Source of the DNA: Chthonomonadales bacterium
Lineage (GTDB): Bacteria; Armatimonadota; Chthonomonadetes; Chthonomonadales; CAJBBX01
Reading direction: 5' to 3'
DNA length: 64,000 bases
Assembly: GCA_049967475.1 (NCBI GenBank)
Contig: JBMFSQ010000010.1
Span: forward strand, 32,001 to 96,000
Positions 29,712 to 38,811 of this stretch are shown in pieces; positions within the stretch are counted from its first letter, which is position 1, and every line of letters starts with the position of its first letter. Made by a program: the position numbers and the translations under genes. The notes beneath the pieces are model-generated. The model ran no database searches. It was not told the origin of the DNA and saw only the letters and a list, made by a program, of their open reading frames with translations.

Positions 29712-31411
29712 GTCTTCCTATAGCCCGCCACCGAATAGTCTGGCTCTCTCACGCCATTCTTCCTGTTGCACTTACCTCCACAATGACGCTCTTGCCCTAC
29801 ACCGCCCGTTGCCAGCCAAATGTGCCCCCTGTTGGCCGAACCATCACGACCGACCTCGGGCTGGAAGGACGCGTTCTTTGGGTAGACGGCGCCGCTAATC
29901 TCGACCGAACCACGAACCTCGCCGGCGTGCAGGACATCGTACGCCGCTGTAAGCAGGCCAACATTTCTACCATTGTCGTAGACGTGAAGCCGGTAGTAGG
30001 CCAGGTGCTCTACAACAGCAAGATCGCCCCGCGCCTGCGGGTGTGGCAGGGCCGGCCCGTGCCTGATTTCGACGTGCTGCAAGCCTTCGTGGATGAAGGC
30101 CATCGTGCTGGAATTGAGGTCGCCGCAGCGCTCAACGTCTTTTCGGAAGGGCACAAGTACGTCCGGCAAGGATTTGCCTACACAAAGCCGCAGTGGCAGT
30201 CGGTGTCTTACTCGGCCACGCACGCGTTAGTTGCCTCTGACGGATCCCGCCTGCCTGTGCGGGCTCCTTCCGACCCTTTGGATCCTGCTGCGGCCGTTGT
30301 TTATGGGGAAGATCATCTCATTCTGCCGAGCGGCACTCCTGGGGAACGCCTCGCGGTACAGCTCGATAACCAAGGCCGCGTGGCGGGAGCGATGGACCCT
30401 TCTCTCCTCGACGATGAACCGCTCTCGGCTCCGGAGGACGGACGCCTGGTTCTGTTCGAGGGCTCGAGCCTCGACTGGGCGAGCACGCATCTGCACGTAG
30501 GCGACACCGTTCGTTTCGACGTACAGTCCCGCCTCATCCCTATCGCGGATGACGCCATGGAAAGGGTGGCCGTCTTCGTGAACCCGGTGCTTCCAGACGT
30601 ATCCGCCTACGAGCTCTCCCTGTTGGAAGAGGTGGCCCGCAACTATCCCGTTGATGCCATCGTGCTGGACCGGATGCGCTACGCCAATCTCTATAATGAC
30701 TTCAGCCCTGCCACCCAGGCGGCTTTCCAACAGTGGCTGGGTAAACCCGTAGCCCATTGGCCTCAGGACGTCTTCAGCTTCGATCCTGTGCCGGGCGAAC
30801 CGATCCATCCGGGACCCCTGTTCAAACCCTTCCTTGAATTTCGCGCCGCCACCATCCGCCGGTTCCTCAAGCTGGCAAGTGCGCGCCTCCGGGCCATCCG
30901 CCCGAAGCTGCAGATTGCAGCTTATGTGGGCTCGTGGTACGCGGATTACTACCCTGTGGGCGTCAATTGGGGAAGCGAAAAGTATCCCGTTCCCTACACG
31001 TGGGCCTCGGACGGGTACAGCGGCACAGGATACGCCGAATTTCTGGACTGGCTCAGCACCGGTTGCTATTACCCTATCCCCACGCGGGAAGACGCCCGCA
31101 GCTTGGGCAAGGACGAGGGAGCCACGGTGGAAGCAGCCGCGGACCTTTCGGTTCAAGCCGTACAGAGTGCAACACCCGTCTACGCGGGCATTTATGCTTT
31201 GGACTACGCGTCGCGGCCCGATGATTTTGCCAAAGCCATCCAGGCCGCGCGCCAGCACGCGCAGGGCGTGATGATCTTTGATGTATCCTATTTGTATGAT
31301 TACGGGTGGTGGCCGATCCTGGACAAGGCATTCGCCGAACCTGCCTTGGCACCGCACCAGGTGCAGAATCTCACGGCCGAGATCCGCTGCGTTGTGGATC
31401 AGCTTCGGTAA
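29702..31411 (+). CDS. Glycoside hydrolase-like family 10 (GHL10/DUF187) protein with an inserted domain
   Basis: LWVD, DVKP..G, FDVL...VDEGH, NP..PDV, YPVDAIVLDRMRY; start uncertain (29702 or 29783). Confidence 0.8.
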   Translation: MLLSLPIARHRIVWLSHAILPVALTSTMTLLPYTARCQPNVPPVGRTITTDLGLEGRVLWVDGAANLDRTTNLAGVQDIVRRCKQANISTIVVDVKPVVGQVLYNSKIAPRLRVWQGRPVPDFDVLQAFVDEGHRAGIEVAAALNVFSEGHKYVRQGFAYTKPQWQSVSYSATHALVASDGSRLPVRAPSDPLDPAAAVVYGEDHLILPSGTPGERLAVQLDNQGRVAGAMDPSLLDDEPLSAPEDGRLVLFEGSSLDWASTHLHVGDTVRFDVQSRLIPIADDAMERVAVFVNPVLPDVSAYELSLLEEVARNYPVDAIVLDRMRYANLYNDFSPATQAAFQQWLGKPVAHWPQDVFSFDPVPGEPIHPGPLFKPFLEFRAATIRRFLKLASARLRAIRPKLQIAAYVGSWYADYYPVGVNWGSEKYPVPYTWASDGYSGTGYAEFLDWLSTGCYYPIPTREDARSLGKDEGATVEAAADLSVQAVQSATPVYAGIYALDYASRPDDFAKAIQAARQHAQGVMIFDVSYLYDYGWWPILDKAFAEPALAPHQVQNLTAEIRCVVDQLR

Positions 31412-32246
31412 GTTTGGGCTTTTTGCGTCAGCGGGGATTAGTGCGCTCGCATTTCCGTGCGCGCCATCATACGCCGCTCTGCAGGAGAGCAGCGAGGTTT
31501 ATCGCATCAGGATCGTCAACACGGCATTGGGCCCCGTGCAAATCAGCACCGACAGGGGAAAATCGTGGCTGCTGATCGGCCGCGTATCCATCCCGGCCAC
31601 GGATACGGCCCCCGGTGGGGCCTCTGCCGGAGGCACTGTGCTCCGCACGAACCCCTATGGCACGGCCATCAATGTGGGGGGCGGGCGCATCCTCCGGATC
31701 CTCCCAAACGTCCACACCAAGAGAAGATCCCACGCCGATATCCACCTGAATGTGCCCCCAACCGCTGCCCTCGTCAAGGATTTCCTGCCGCCGCCGGGCT
31801 CCACGGTCCTCTGGTCGGGGCGCATAGGTGAAACTCCCAAGCCGATGCCGCCGGGATACATGCCTCGGGATGGGGATGTGCTCACGCTTATTGCGTACAC
31901 AACCTCAATGCCACGCAGCCATATCGGTGCCTACGCCGCCGATGCTGCCAAGTACTACCGGGATCAGGCCCTGGCTCGGTTGAGGGCGGCCGGCAGACAC
32001 CCCGTCGCTGGAACGCTCACCGTTACGGCGCGCCTAGCTGCAGGGGAACATCCATTTTCTGTAACCTTCCTGGTGGATGGAGAAACCCGAGGCATCATGA
32101 ACAAGGCTCCTTTCACCATGAGTTGGGACACGCGCGCGTGGGAAGACGGCGAACACTTGTTGGAAGTAGATGGGCTGGACGAACACGGCCGCGTCACTAC
32201 GCGGAGCAAGACACTCATCGTGGTACAAAACACGGCATCCGAATGA
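31392..32246 (+). CDS. Secreted hypothetical protein with C-terminal Ig-like domain
   Basis: Signal-like N-terminus; VTFLVDG..APFTMSWDT..DGEHLLEV; start uncertain. Confidence 0.65.
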   Translation: MWISFGKFGLFASAGISALAFPCAPSYAALQESSEVYRIRIVNTALGPVQISTDRGKSWLLIGRVSIPATDTAPGGASAGGTVLRTNPYGTAINVGGGRILRILPNVHTKRRSHADIHLNVPPTAALVKDFLPPPGSTVLWSGRIGETPKPMPPGYMPRDGDVLTLIAYTTSMPRSHIGAYAADAAKYYRDQALARLRAAGRHPVAGTLTVTARLAAGEHPFSVTFLVDGETRGIMNKAPFTMSWDTRAWEDGEHLLEVDGLDEHGRVTTRSKTLIVVQNTASE

Positions 32247-32288
32247 AGGGACGTCGTGTCGAGTTCGAATGCAAGGAGGCGTGGCTCC

Positions 32289-34313
32289 ATGGCACCGCAT
32301 GAAGCTTCTATCGAGGAGTACCTTCGGCCGGGCGGTGCCCTGTCGCTTCATCTTTCGGGCTACGAATACCGACCTGAACAGGAACGAGTTTGCCGCGCCA
32401 TCGAAGAGGCTCTCTGCGCAGGCAAGCATTGCCTCGTGGAAGCGGGAACCGGCGTAGGGAAGTCCCTGGCCTACCTGCTCCCCGCGGCACGGGCGATCGC
32501 CGACCGGAAGAGAGTCTGCATCTCCACCTACACCCTCAACCTTCAATCACAGCTCATCCAGAAGGATATTCCTCTGGTGCAGGAGCTGATGCCCGAAGCC
32601 GACATCAGGCCGGCAGTGCTCAAGGGGCGAGCCAATTACCTTTGCCTGCAGGATCTCGAGGGAGCAGAACAGAGCCTCTTCGGCTATAACGATCCGCTGG
32701 TGGCTCGCCTCAAGCAATGGGCTCGCGACACGGCAACCGGTGACCGGGCCGATCTCGATTTCGCCTTCCCAGCCTGGGGCGAGGTTGCGGCGAACATAGA
32801 CACGTGCCGGCACCAGGAGTGCCGCTTTTACGACGGATGTTTCTACTACGCCATGCGGGCGGCGGCATCAGAGGCGAACCTCTTCGTGGTGAACCACGCG
32901 CTCTTCCTCAGCGATCTTGTAATTCGCCGCACAGACCCTACAGCAAGCCTCATCCCCGATTATGACATCGCCATACTAGACGAAGCCCATCGCCTGGAGG
33001 ATGCCGCAACCGGCGCCCTCGGCATCGAGGTGAGCAACAGCCGCGTGCGCCGCTTCCTGGAGCGGGTGGCTCGCATCCCGGGCGCCGGACCGGATACGAC
33101 GCGGGTGGAGGCGGTGGAGAAGACCTGTGCCAAGCTCTTTGAAGCCTTCCCCTCCAACCCCGGCGAATTCGCCTTCGAAGACGTGCTCGATGCGGCGTCA
33201 GAGCAGCGTGTCCACGAGCTGGCGTCCGAGGTGTTGGTAGGGCTTCAAGCAATTGTTCAGGAGCTCATCGGGCTTGCGAAAGACGCAGACACGGACACGC
33301 GGAGGGAACTTCTGGATGGGCTTGCCCGCCGGGGCAGCCGCCTCAAGGAGGAGCTCGAGCAGCTTATCTTCGGCAAGGATCCCAATTACATCCAGTGGGC
33401 TGAATGCACCATGCCTCTCGGAACCCCCGAGGGCGCACCGCGCCGCTCTAACCTTAGGAGCAATTTGACACTCCACTACTCTCCTGTTGTGGTTGCAGAC
33501 GCCCTAAAGGACCTTTTGTGGAGCAGCGCAAAGTCCTGTGTCCTCACCTCCGCCACGCTTGCCGACACTACCGGGTTCACCTACGTGCGTTCCCGCCTTG
33601 GGTTGGAAGGCCCCGCCGTGGAACATGTGGAGGGGTCTCCGTTCGACTATGCCCGCAATACGGTGTTGTACGTTCCCAGGCACATGCCGTCGCCGAAGGA
33701 AGTCGCCGACACGGAATTTGCTCGACTGGCAGCGGAGGAAATCTCGCGCCTGGTGCGGCTCACCCGCGGGCGGGCATTCCTTCTATTCACATCGCGTCGG
33801 ATGATGAACGCGGTTCACACCCTCCTTAAAGACAGCCTGGACCTTCCGGTTTTCCTGCAAGGGGATTTGCCGCCTGCGATGCTGCTGGATGCCTTCAAGG
33901 CCAGCGGGTGTGGTGTGCTGTTTGGAACCCAAACCTTTTGGGAGGGAGTGGACGTTCAGGGCGAGGCCCTTTCCTGCGTAGTGATTGACCGCTTACCCTT
34001 TGCCGTACCGGACGCGCCCATCGTTCGGGCCCGCACAAACGCTATAAAAGACGCCGGCGGGAATTGGTTCTATGAGTATTCGGTTCCTATGGCCCAGATA
34101 CGCTTGAAGCAAGGCTTTGGCCGCCTTATCCGAACCCGCCGGGATTACGGCATCGTGTGCATCCTGGACACCCGCATCTTGGCAGCTCGGTACGGCCGCG
34201 AGTTTCTGGCGCACCTCCCGCCGGCCAAACTCGTTGTGCACTGGCCCCACGTAGAAGAACAATGGAAGCGCTGGACCGCCGACACGTCCCGTGAGGCCAC
34301 CCGCGAAGGATAG
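32289..34313 (+). CDS. dinG: DinG/YoaA-family Fe-S ATP-dependent helicase
   Basis: EAGTGVGKS, KGRANYLC, DEAH, TSATL, FWEGVD, QGFGRLIR; RBS AAGGAGG. Confidence 0.92.
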   Translation: MAPHEASIEEYLRPGGALSLHLSGYEYRPEQERVCRAIEEALCAGKHCLVEAGTGVGKSLAYLLPAARAIADRKRVCISTYTLNLQSQLIQKDIPLVQELMPEADIRPAVLKGRANYLCLQDLEGAEQSLFGYNDPLVARLKQWARDTATGDRADLDFAFPAWGEVAANIDTCRHQECRFYDGCFYYAMRAAASEANLFVVNHALFLSDLVIRRTDPTASLIPDYDIAILDEAHRLEDAATGALGIEVSNSRVRRFLERVARIPGAGPDTTRVEAVEKTCAKLFEAFPSNPGEFAFEDVLDAASEQRVHELASEVLVGLQAIVQELIGLAKDADTDTRRELLDGLARRGSRLKEELEQLIFGKDPNYIQWAECTMPLGTPEGAPRRSNLRSNLTLHYSPVVVADALKDLLWSSAKSCVLTSATLADTTGFTYVRSRLGLEGPAVEHVEGSPFDYARNTVLYVPRHMPSPKEVADTEFARLAAEEISRLVRLTRGRAFLLFTSRRMMNAVHTLLKDSLDLPVFLQGDLPPAMLLDAFKASGCGVLFGTQTFWEGVDVQGEALSCVVIDRLPFAVPDAPIVRARTNAIKDAGGNWFYEYSVPMAQIRLKQGFGRLIRTRRDYGIVCILDTRILAARYGREFLAHLPPAKLVVHWPHVEEQWKRWTADTSREATREG

Positions 34314-34412
34314 GCCGGGTCGGGCCAAGCGCTGATGCCGCGGCGTGCCTGCGGGGTGGCGCCAACGTCGGTCACCACCCCGCAAGCACTCTAATCATCT
34401 GGAGGCCAAACC

Positions 34413-36350
34413 TCAGGCTTCTTTGACCGCACTCAGGGCCGCCTCGAGTTCGTGCGCCTGCTGTCGCTCCTCAGCGGTGCGCGCCGCCTTCAACAGATCC
34501 TCCAACAAGCGTGCGGCCTCCGGCTTCTCGCCGAACGACACACGCCGAACGTAGGTAACTGCCTCTTCCCGATCCATTCCTGCAAGCATCCCGGCCAGAG
34601 TTTGGGCGGCTTCCCGCAGCGTGTCGAAGTCCATCCTGCCGCCCCGCTTCCCATTCAACGTTGCAGTGAGGTATTGCGCCTGCCAGGCCAGCCCAGGCGC
34701 ATCCAGAACACTGCCGGTGAACACCTCGGCGAGGTTGAGTTCCGGCAACTGGAGGATGGCAGGGATGGCCGGCTCTTCATCCCCCATGAGGTCCGCGAGA
34801 TCTGATGCGCCGTTCCGTAGAAGCTCCATCGCTTCGGCTGCTGCCGCGGCGGCTTTCTCCATATCCCCTACCGCCATAGCGCAACGGGCCACCATCAAGG
34901 CTGCCTCCAGCCGATACAGGGGTGCATGATGGCGCTCAGACGCTTCCCGCGCACGTTCGGCTTGCTGGAGTGCATCGCGAAGCGTGGAAGACGCGCCCTC
35001 CCCACCGGCCATGGCCAGCAAGGTTCGAGCCAGGATCAAGCGCGCGCGCACCACGTCAAGGGTGCGGCCGAGAGAGTTTTCGGCCCCTGCGATCGCATCG
35101 GATGCATTGGAGGCTGCGTCGTCGTATTGGCCTGCCACATAGTACGCGCTCGCCATGGCGTTGGACGCCACCGTCTCCACACGGGGCAATTGGGCCTTCA
35201 GGGCAAGGCGGTAGGCCGAACGCGCCAGGTCCTTGGCTCTGCCGGCGGGACCTACCCACGCCAAGACCTCGGCGAGAAGGGACTGGGCGAGGCTCGATCG
35301 GGCTATTTCCGTTTCTAGGAAGCTGCCGAGTGTCACCGCAAGATCCAGGTGTTTGCGTGCCTCCTGCGGACGACCCATCCACAACAGCACTTGAACGGCC
35401 GGAAGAAGCGCGTCCAGGAAGTGGCCCAAGTCCTTTGCTTCCCCAGCCTCCCGCATGCGGCGCGTCCACAGAGATAGAGCCGGCTGCAAATGGCCTGTGG
35501 CTAATGCCAAGGCGGCAGTAACATCGGTAAGGGCGGCAATACCTTCCGGCGTGCCGTATTCGCCTTCTGCCTTTTCGAGCGTACGTCCGGCTTCCAAGAT
35601 TGCCCGAAGTGCCAGATCCTTTCGGTGGGCTGCCAGATGCGCACGCGCCATGGCCAAATGCCCGCGCCACCGCACTTCCGCAGGGCCGGCCTCTCCTACA
35701 ACCCGCGCTTGTTCGATAGCGCCGTCGTAGTCTTCCTCTTCCAGCGCACACGCAGCCAGGTCAAGTGCAGTGCTCGCCACGTGCCGCTCCATATCGAGGA
35801 TGGCGAACAACTCCTTCGCCAGAGTGAGGTGGATGCGGCCATTGGAGAGGTTGCCGGTTTCGCATTCGACACGCCCGAGGCGCGCCAATACAACGGCTTC
35901 CGCTTTGCGATCACTCAATACCTTGGCCACGCCCAACATCTCGTGGAGAACGCTGGCAAGGGCATTGGGATTTCGCCGCGGCTCGTCGTAGGCGTTCGCC
36001 AGCAACTCAAGCTGACGCAACTGTCCCGAGGCGCGATCCGCACCCCCGACCACCTCCAGCGGGAGTTCGGCGTTTGCTGCTGCTGCAAAGGCCGACCGCG
36101 CATCACGGTCGGGGTCGAAGAACTCCAGGGTCACATTGGTTCGTTCACAGATCCCATCCAGCACGTCGGGAGGAACACTCGTAACCCCGCGCACATACTG
36201 GTACATCTTGACGGGCCTAAGCCCGAGCGCGATGGCAAGATCCTTCAGGCTGATCCCGGCGCTCGCCGCCGCCACCTTGATGCGCTCACCTACCCGCGAG
36301 CGCGTTTCGGGATCCCGGATGCGTGCAATAAGTACGTTTCTTTTCTGCAT
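34413..36350 (-). CDS. XRE-family HTH protein with long TPR-like repeat region
   Basis: VGERIK..AGISLKDLAIALG..MYQYVRG; Ala/Leu-rich helical repeats; RBS AGGAGG. Confidence 0.8.
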   Translation of the reverse strand: MQKRNVLIARIRDPETRSRVGERIKVAAASAGISLKDLAIALGLRPVKMYQYVRGVTSVPPDVLDGICERTNVTLEFFDPDRDARSAFAAAANAELPLEVVGGADRASGQLRQLELLANAYDEPRRNPNALASVLHEMLGVAKVLSDRKAEAVVLARLGRVECETGNLSNGRIHLTLAKELFAILDMERHVASTALDLAACALEEEDYDGAIEQARVVGEAGPAEVRWRGHLAMARAHLAAHRKDLALRAILEAGRTLEKAEGEYGTPEGIAALTDVTAALALATGHLQPALSLWTRRMREAGEAKDLGHFLDALLPAVQVLLWMGRPQEARKHLDLAVTLGSFLETEIARSSLAQSLLAEVLAWVGPAGRAKDLARSAYRLALKAQLPRVETVASNAMASAYYVAGQYDDAASNASDAIAGAENSLGRTLDVVRARLILARTLLAMAGGEGASSTLRDALQQAERAREASERHHAPLYRLEAALMVARCAMAVGDMEKAAAAAAEAMELLRNGASDLADLMGDEEPAIPAILQLPELNLAEVFTGSVLDAPGLAWQAQYLTATLNGKRGGRMDFDTLREAAQTLAGMLAGMDREEAVTYVRRVSFGEKPEAARLLEDLLKAARTAEERQQAHELEAALSAVKEA

Positions 36351-36646
36351 GCTTAAGTCTCTCCTCCTGGCCGCCAGTTACTATGGGGTAGTTGCTACTA
36401 CCCTCCACTATTCGTAACATACGCTGTTTCGCCATGGCCGTATTACCCAGTGGCCCAAACGCCTGGGCATCTACATGCGCCCTGCGCATTAGAGGGGCGA
36501 ACGTTCGCCTGTTGCAGGCATACTGGTCCCTTCCAGTACGGCCTTCGCGGCTCTCGACAAACATCGTCTCTTCGGTCAAAAAGGTTGCGAAACCAGCCCT
36601 CCTTTCACCCTCGGGTACGGCAACGATGGTACCGATGTTGCCCCTG

Positions 36647-37684
36647 TCATTTGATTATTTCGCGTGCAAACGATGCAACTCCTGCTTGTTCATAGATCTT
36701 GTTCAGGGCTTCCACGGCCATAAGCGCTTCCTGCCCAGGTACCATCGGGGTTTGACCCGTGCGTATGGCCTTCACGAAATCCTCAAACAAGACGCGGTGC
36801 CCTTCCAAACCTATCGCCATCGGGTCGGAGGCGCCGCCCAGGGCGACTTCTTGCGGGCCGATCTCGCTCAGCCGATCTTGGCCGCCGTACCCGAAGACGG
36901 TAACCCTGGCATCTTCAAAGGCAGCGGAGCCCTCGGTGCCGAAGACCTCGACACGAGTGCCCAAATCGGGCGAGCAGCACGTACTGGCCTCGATCACGCC
37001 TCGCGCCCCACTTTCGAAGCGCATCACTGCGACGGCATGGTCCTCTGCTTCCATCTGGTGGCAAAGCGTGTCCACCCGGGCATACTCCACATCCACCACT
37101 CGTCCGGCCAGCCAGCACAGGTGATCCAGGGCGTGGATCGCCTGGTTTGCAAGCACACCGCCATCGAGGGCGCGTGTCCCACGCCAGCCATCTGCGCCAT
37201 AGTAGCTTTGGGGGCGCCACCACTTCACATAGGCGCTGCACGAAAGCAGCCTTCCCAATGCGCCGCGCCGAACTGCATCGGCCACGGCTCGTGCGCCGGC
37301 TAAGGTCCGCCTCTGGAAGATGCAAGCGAGAGTAAGGCCGCGCGATTGGCATTCCCGCACGAGTTCTGCGGCCCGTTGAAAGGAGAGATCCAGAGGCTTC
37401 TCCACGATCAAATGGAGGCCGTACCTGGCGGCGACCATTCCTTGAGATGCATGGAGGCCCGACGGCGTGCAGATATCCACGGCGTCCACCAGGCCCGATG
37501 CCGCCATCGCCTCAACGTCGTCAAAGGGTGCGGCGCCGAGCTCTTTGGCGGCGGCAGTGGCGCGAGCCGCATCGGCGTCGCATACGGCGGTGACGCTCGC
37601 CCCCGGCACAAGAGGCCACAATTCGAGATGCTTGCGGCCCATTGCGCCGCATCCGATCACACCGATCCTCACGCCGTCCTTCAT
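36647..37684 (-). CDS. Gfo/Idh/MocA family oxidoreductase
   Basis: IGVIGCGAMG, ICTPSGLH, VEKP, GGVLANQAIHALD. Confidence 0.92.
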   Translation of the reverse strand: MKDGVRIGVIGCGAMGRKHLELWPLVPGASVTAVCDADAARATAAAKELGAAPFDDVEAMAASGLVDAVDICTPSGLHASQGMVAARYGLHLIVEKPLDLSFQRAAELVRECQSRGLTLACIFQRRTLAGARAVADAVRRGALGRLLSCSAYVKWWRPQSYYGADGWRGTRALDGGVLANQAIHALDHLCWLAGRVVDVEYARVDTLCHQMEAEDHAVAVMRFESGARGVIEASTCCSPDLGTRVEVFGTEGSAAFEDARVTVFGYGGQDRLSEIGPQEVALGGASDPMAIGLEGHRVLFEDFVKAIRTGQTPMVPGQEALMAVEALNKIYEQAGVASFAREIIK

Positions 37685-37883
37685 GGGCACCTCCGGCGCC
37701 GGAATTCGCCGACAGACCGCGCTATTCCTGCCGTTCAGCGAGGAAGCCGCCGCTGGTTTTACAATCAAATGGGCATCAAAAACAGGCGCAGGACCTCCGG
37801 AATGGGAGCATCCTGCGCAACGACGAAGCTGTATCGGTCGGCGGACCGTAACGCCCGGCGCCATGGCGACGCAGGGAAACGCT

Positions 37884-38531
37884 CTAGCCCTTCATTATAG
37901 GCACCGTGGCGGTATCGGCTTCAGAACGCACGGCAGACGGCCTCCTTCTGCGGTATGGCCTGCGGAGGCAAATCTGTTGGTAGTCGAGACCTGCAGCCGT
38001 CAGAGCGCGATCCCACGAACCGAACCTCCTGCGCGCCGCAGTAATCAGAGAGATGTTCTGTTCCTCCATGCTCTTGGCGTTGAGATCCACGCCCTGGGCA
38101 TACAGATCTCTCAGCCGCCGTACGATGGTCTCTTCATTCCATCTTTTGTAACGGCGAACCGTTTCATAATCAATCCCTGCCGCTTCGATGGCAGCCCGCC
38201 ACGATCCGAAGTGCTTCTTTTTTGTGGCAGCCGCCGCAAGTTGCGGATCCAGAACCGTGCTCACGTAGCGCCAGGAGAGGTCTTCCCCACGGGCATGGAG
38301 CTCCCTGATGCGCTCCACAATCGCCTGGGGGCTCCAGGCGTTGTACCGCCGTATCTTTATATAGTCGAGGCCGGCAAATTCTACAGCCGCCCACCAAGAA
38401 CCGAAGTAGCGTGTGGCCGCCCGTAGCAGCGCCACGCGCTGATGGGCCACCCGCGCATAGTTCAGCGGTTCCCCGGCCGCAGCCATCTTCCTAATCTCAG
38501 CCGCGATCGTGTCCTTGCTCCACTTCTGCAC
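37884..38531 (-). CDS. Basic protein of three tandem FGSW repeats (homing-endonuclease-associated-repeat-like)
   Basis: Three 62-65 aa units W...I...IR.....G..L...AA...FGSW..A...AG.DY..(I/V); GTG start after AAGGAGG. Confidence 0.8.
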   Translation of the reverse strand: MQKWSKDTIAAEIRKMAAAGEPLNYARVAHQRVALLRAATRYFGSWWAAVEFAGLDYIKIRRYNAWSPQAIVERIRELHARGEDLSWRYVSTVLDPQLAAAATKKKHFGSWRAAIEAAGIDYETVRRYKRWNEETIVRRLRDLYAQGVDLNAKSMEEQNISLITAARRRFGSWDRALTAAGLDYQQICLRRPYRRRRPSAVRSEADTATVPIMKG

Positions 38532-38685
38532 GCGCAGTGCTCCCTCCTTGTGAATTGCCATCGGAACAAAGGCCGCTTGAGCTCGTCGGCGTACCATTCG
38601 GCACCGGATGCACAGCCTTCCCGGGCGCGGATCCATTCCCCAACCGAGAACGGCATGCAATGCGTCGGCTCTGTCCCACGCTAAT

Positions 38686-38761
38686 ATCATGGGCCACATG
38701 TTCCGGCCCTGTCAACCCTTGGACTGCCGATCTTGACAAGAGCACGGTACTTCGGTAGGAT
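38686..38761. promoter_or_regulatory. Back-to-back sigma70 promoters
   Basis: Plus strand TTGACA(38733)-N17-TAGGAT; minus strand TTGACA(38715)-N18-CATGAT. Confidence 0.6.
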
Positions 38762-38811
38762 AATATCATTGTTGCTTGTTTAAGCGAGCCTACACTACAA
38801 GGAGACGCTCA

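Noticed and set aside
32289..34313. DinG as a type IV CRISPR or defence helicase
   Set aside because: No cas genes or repeat array nearby; it looks like housekeeping YoaA/DinG
36496..36509. LexA (GAAC-N4-GTTC) SOS box
   Set aside because: The half-sites have no 4-nt spacer
36286..36579. 97-aa ORF as signalling peptide for the XRE-TPR protein
   Set aside because: TTG start, no signal peptide, and it overlaps the regulator start out of frame
37884..38531. Homing endonuclease or mobile intron
   Set aside because: No HNH, GIY-YIG or LAGLIDADG motif and no interrupted host gene
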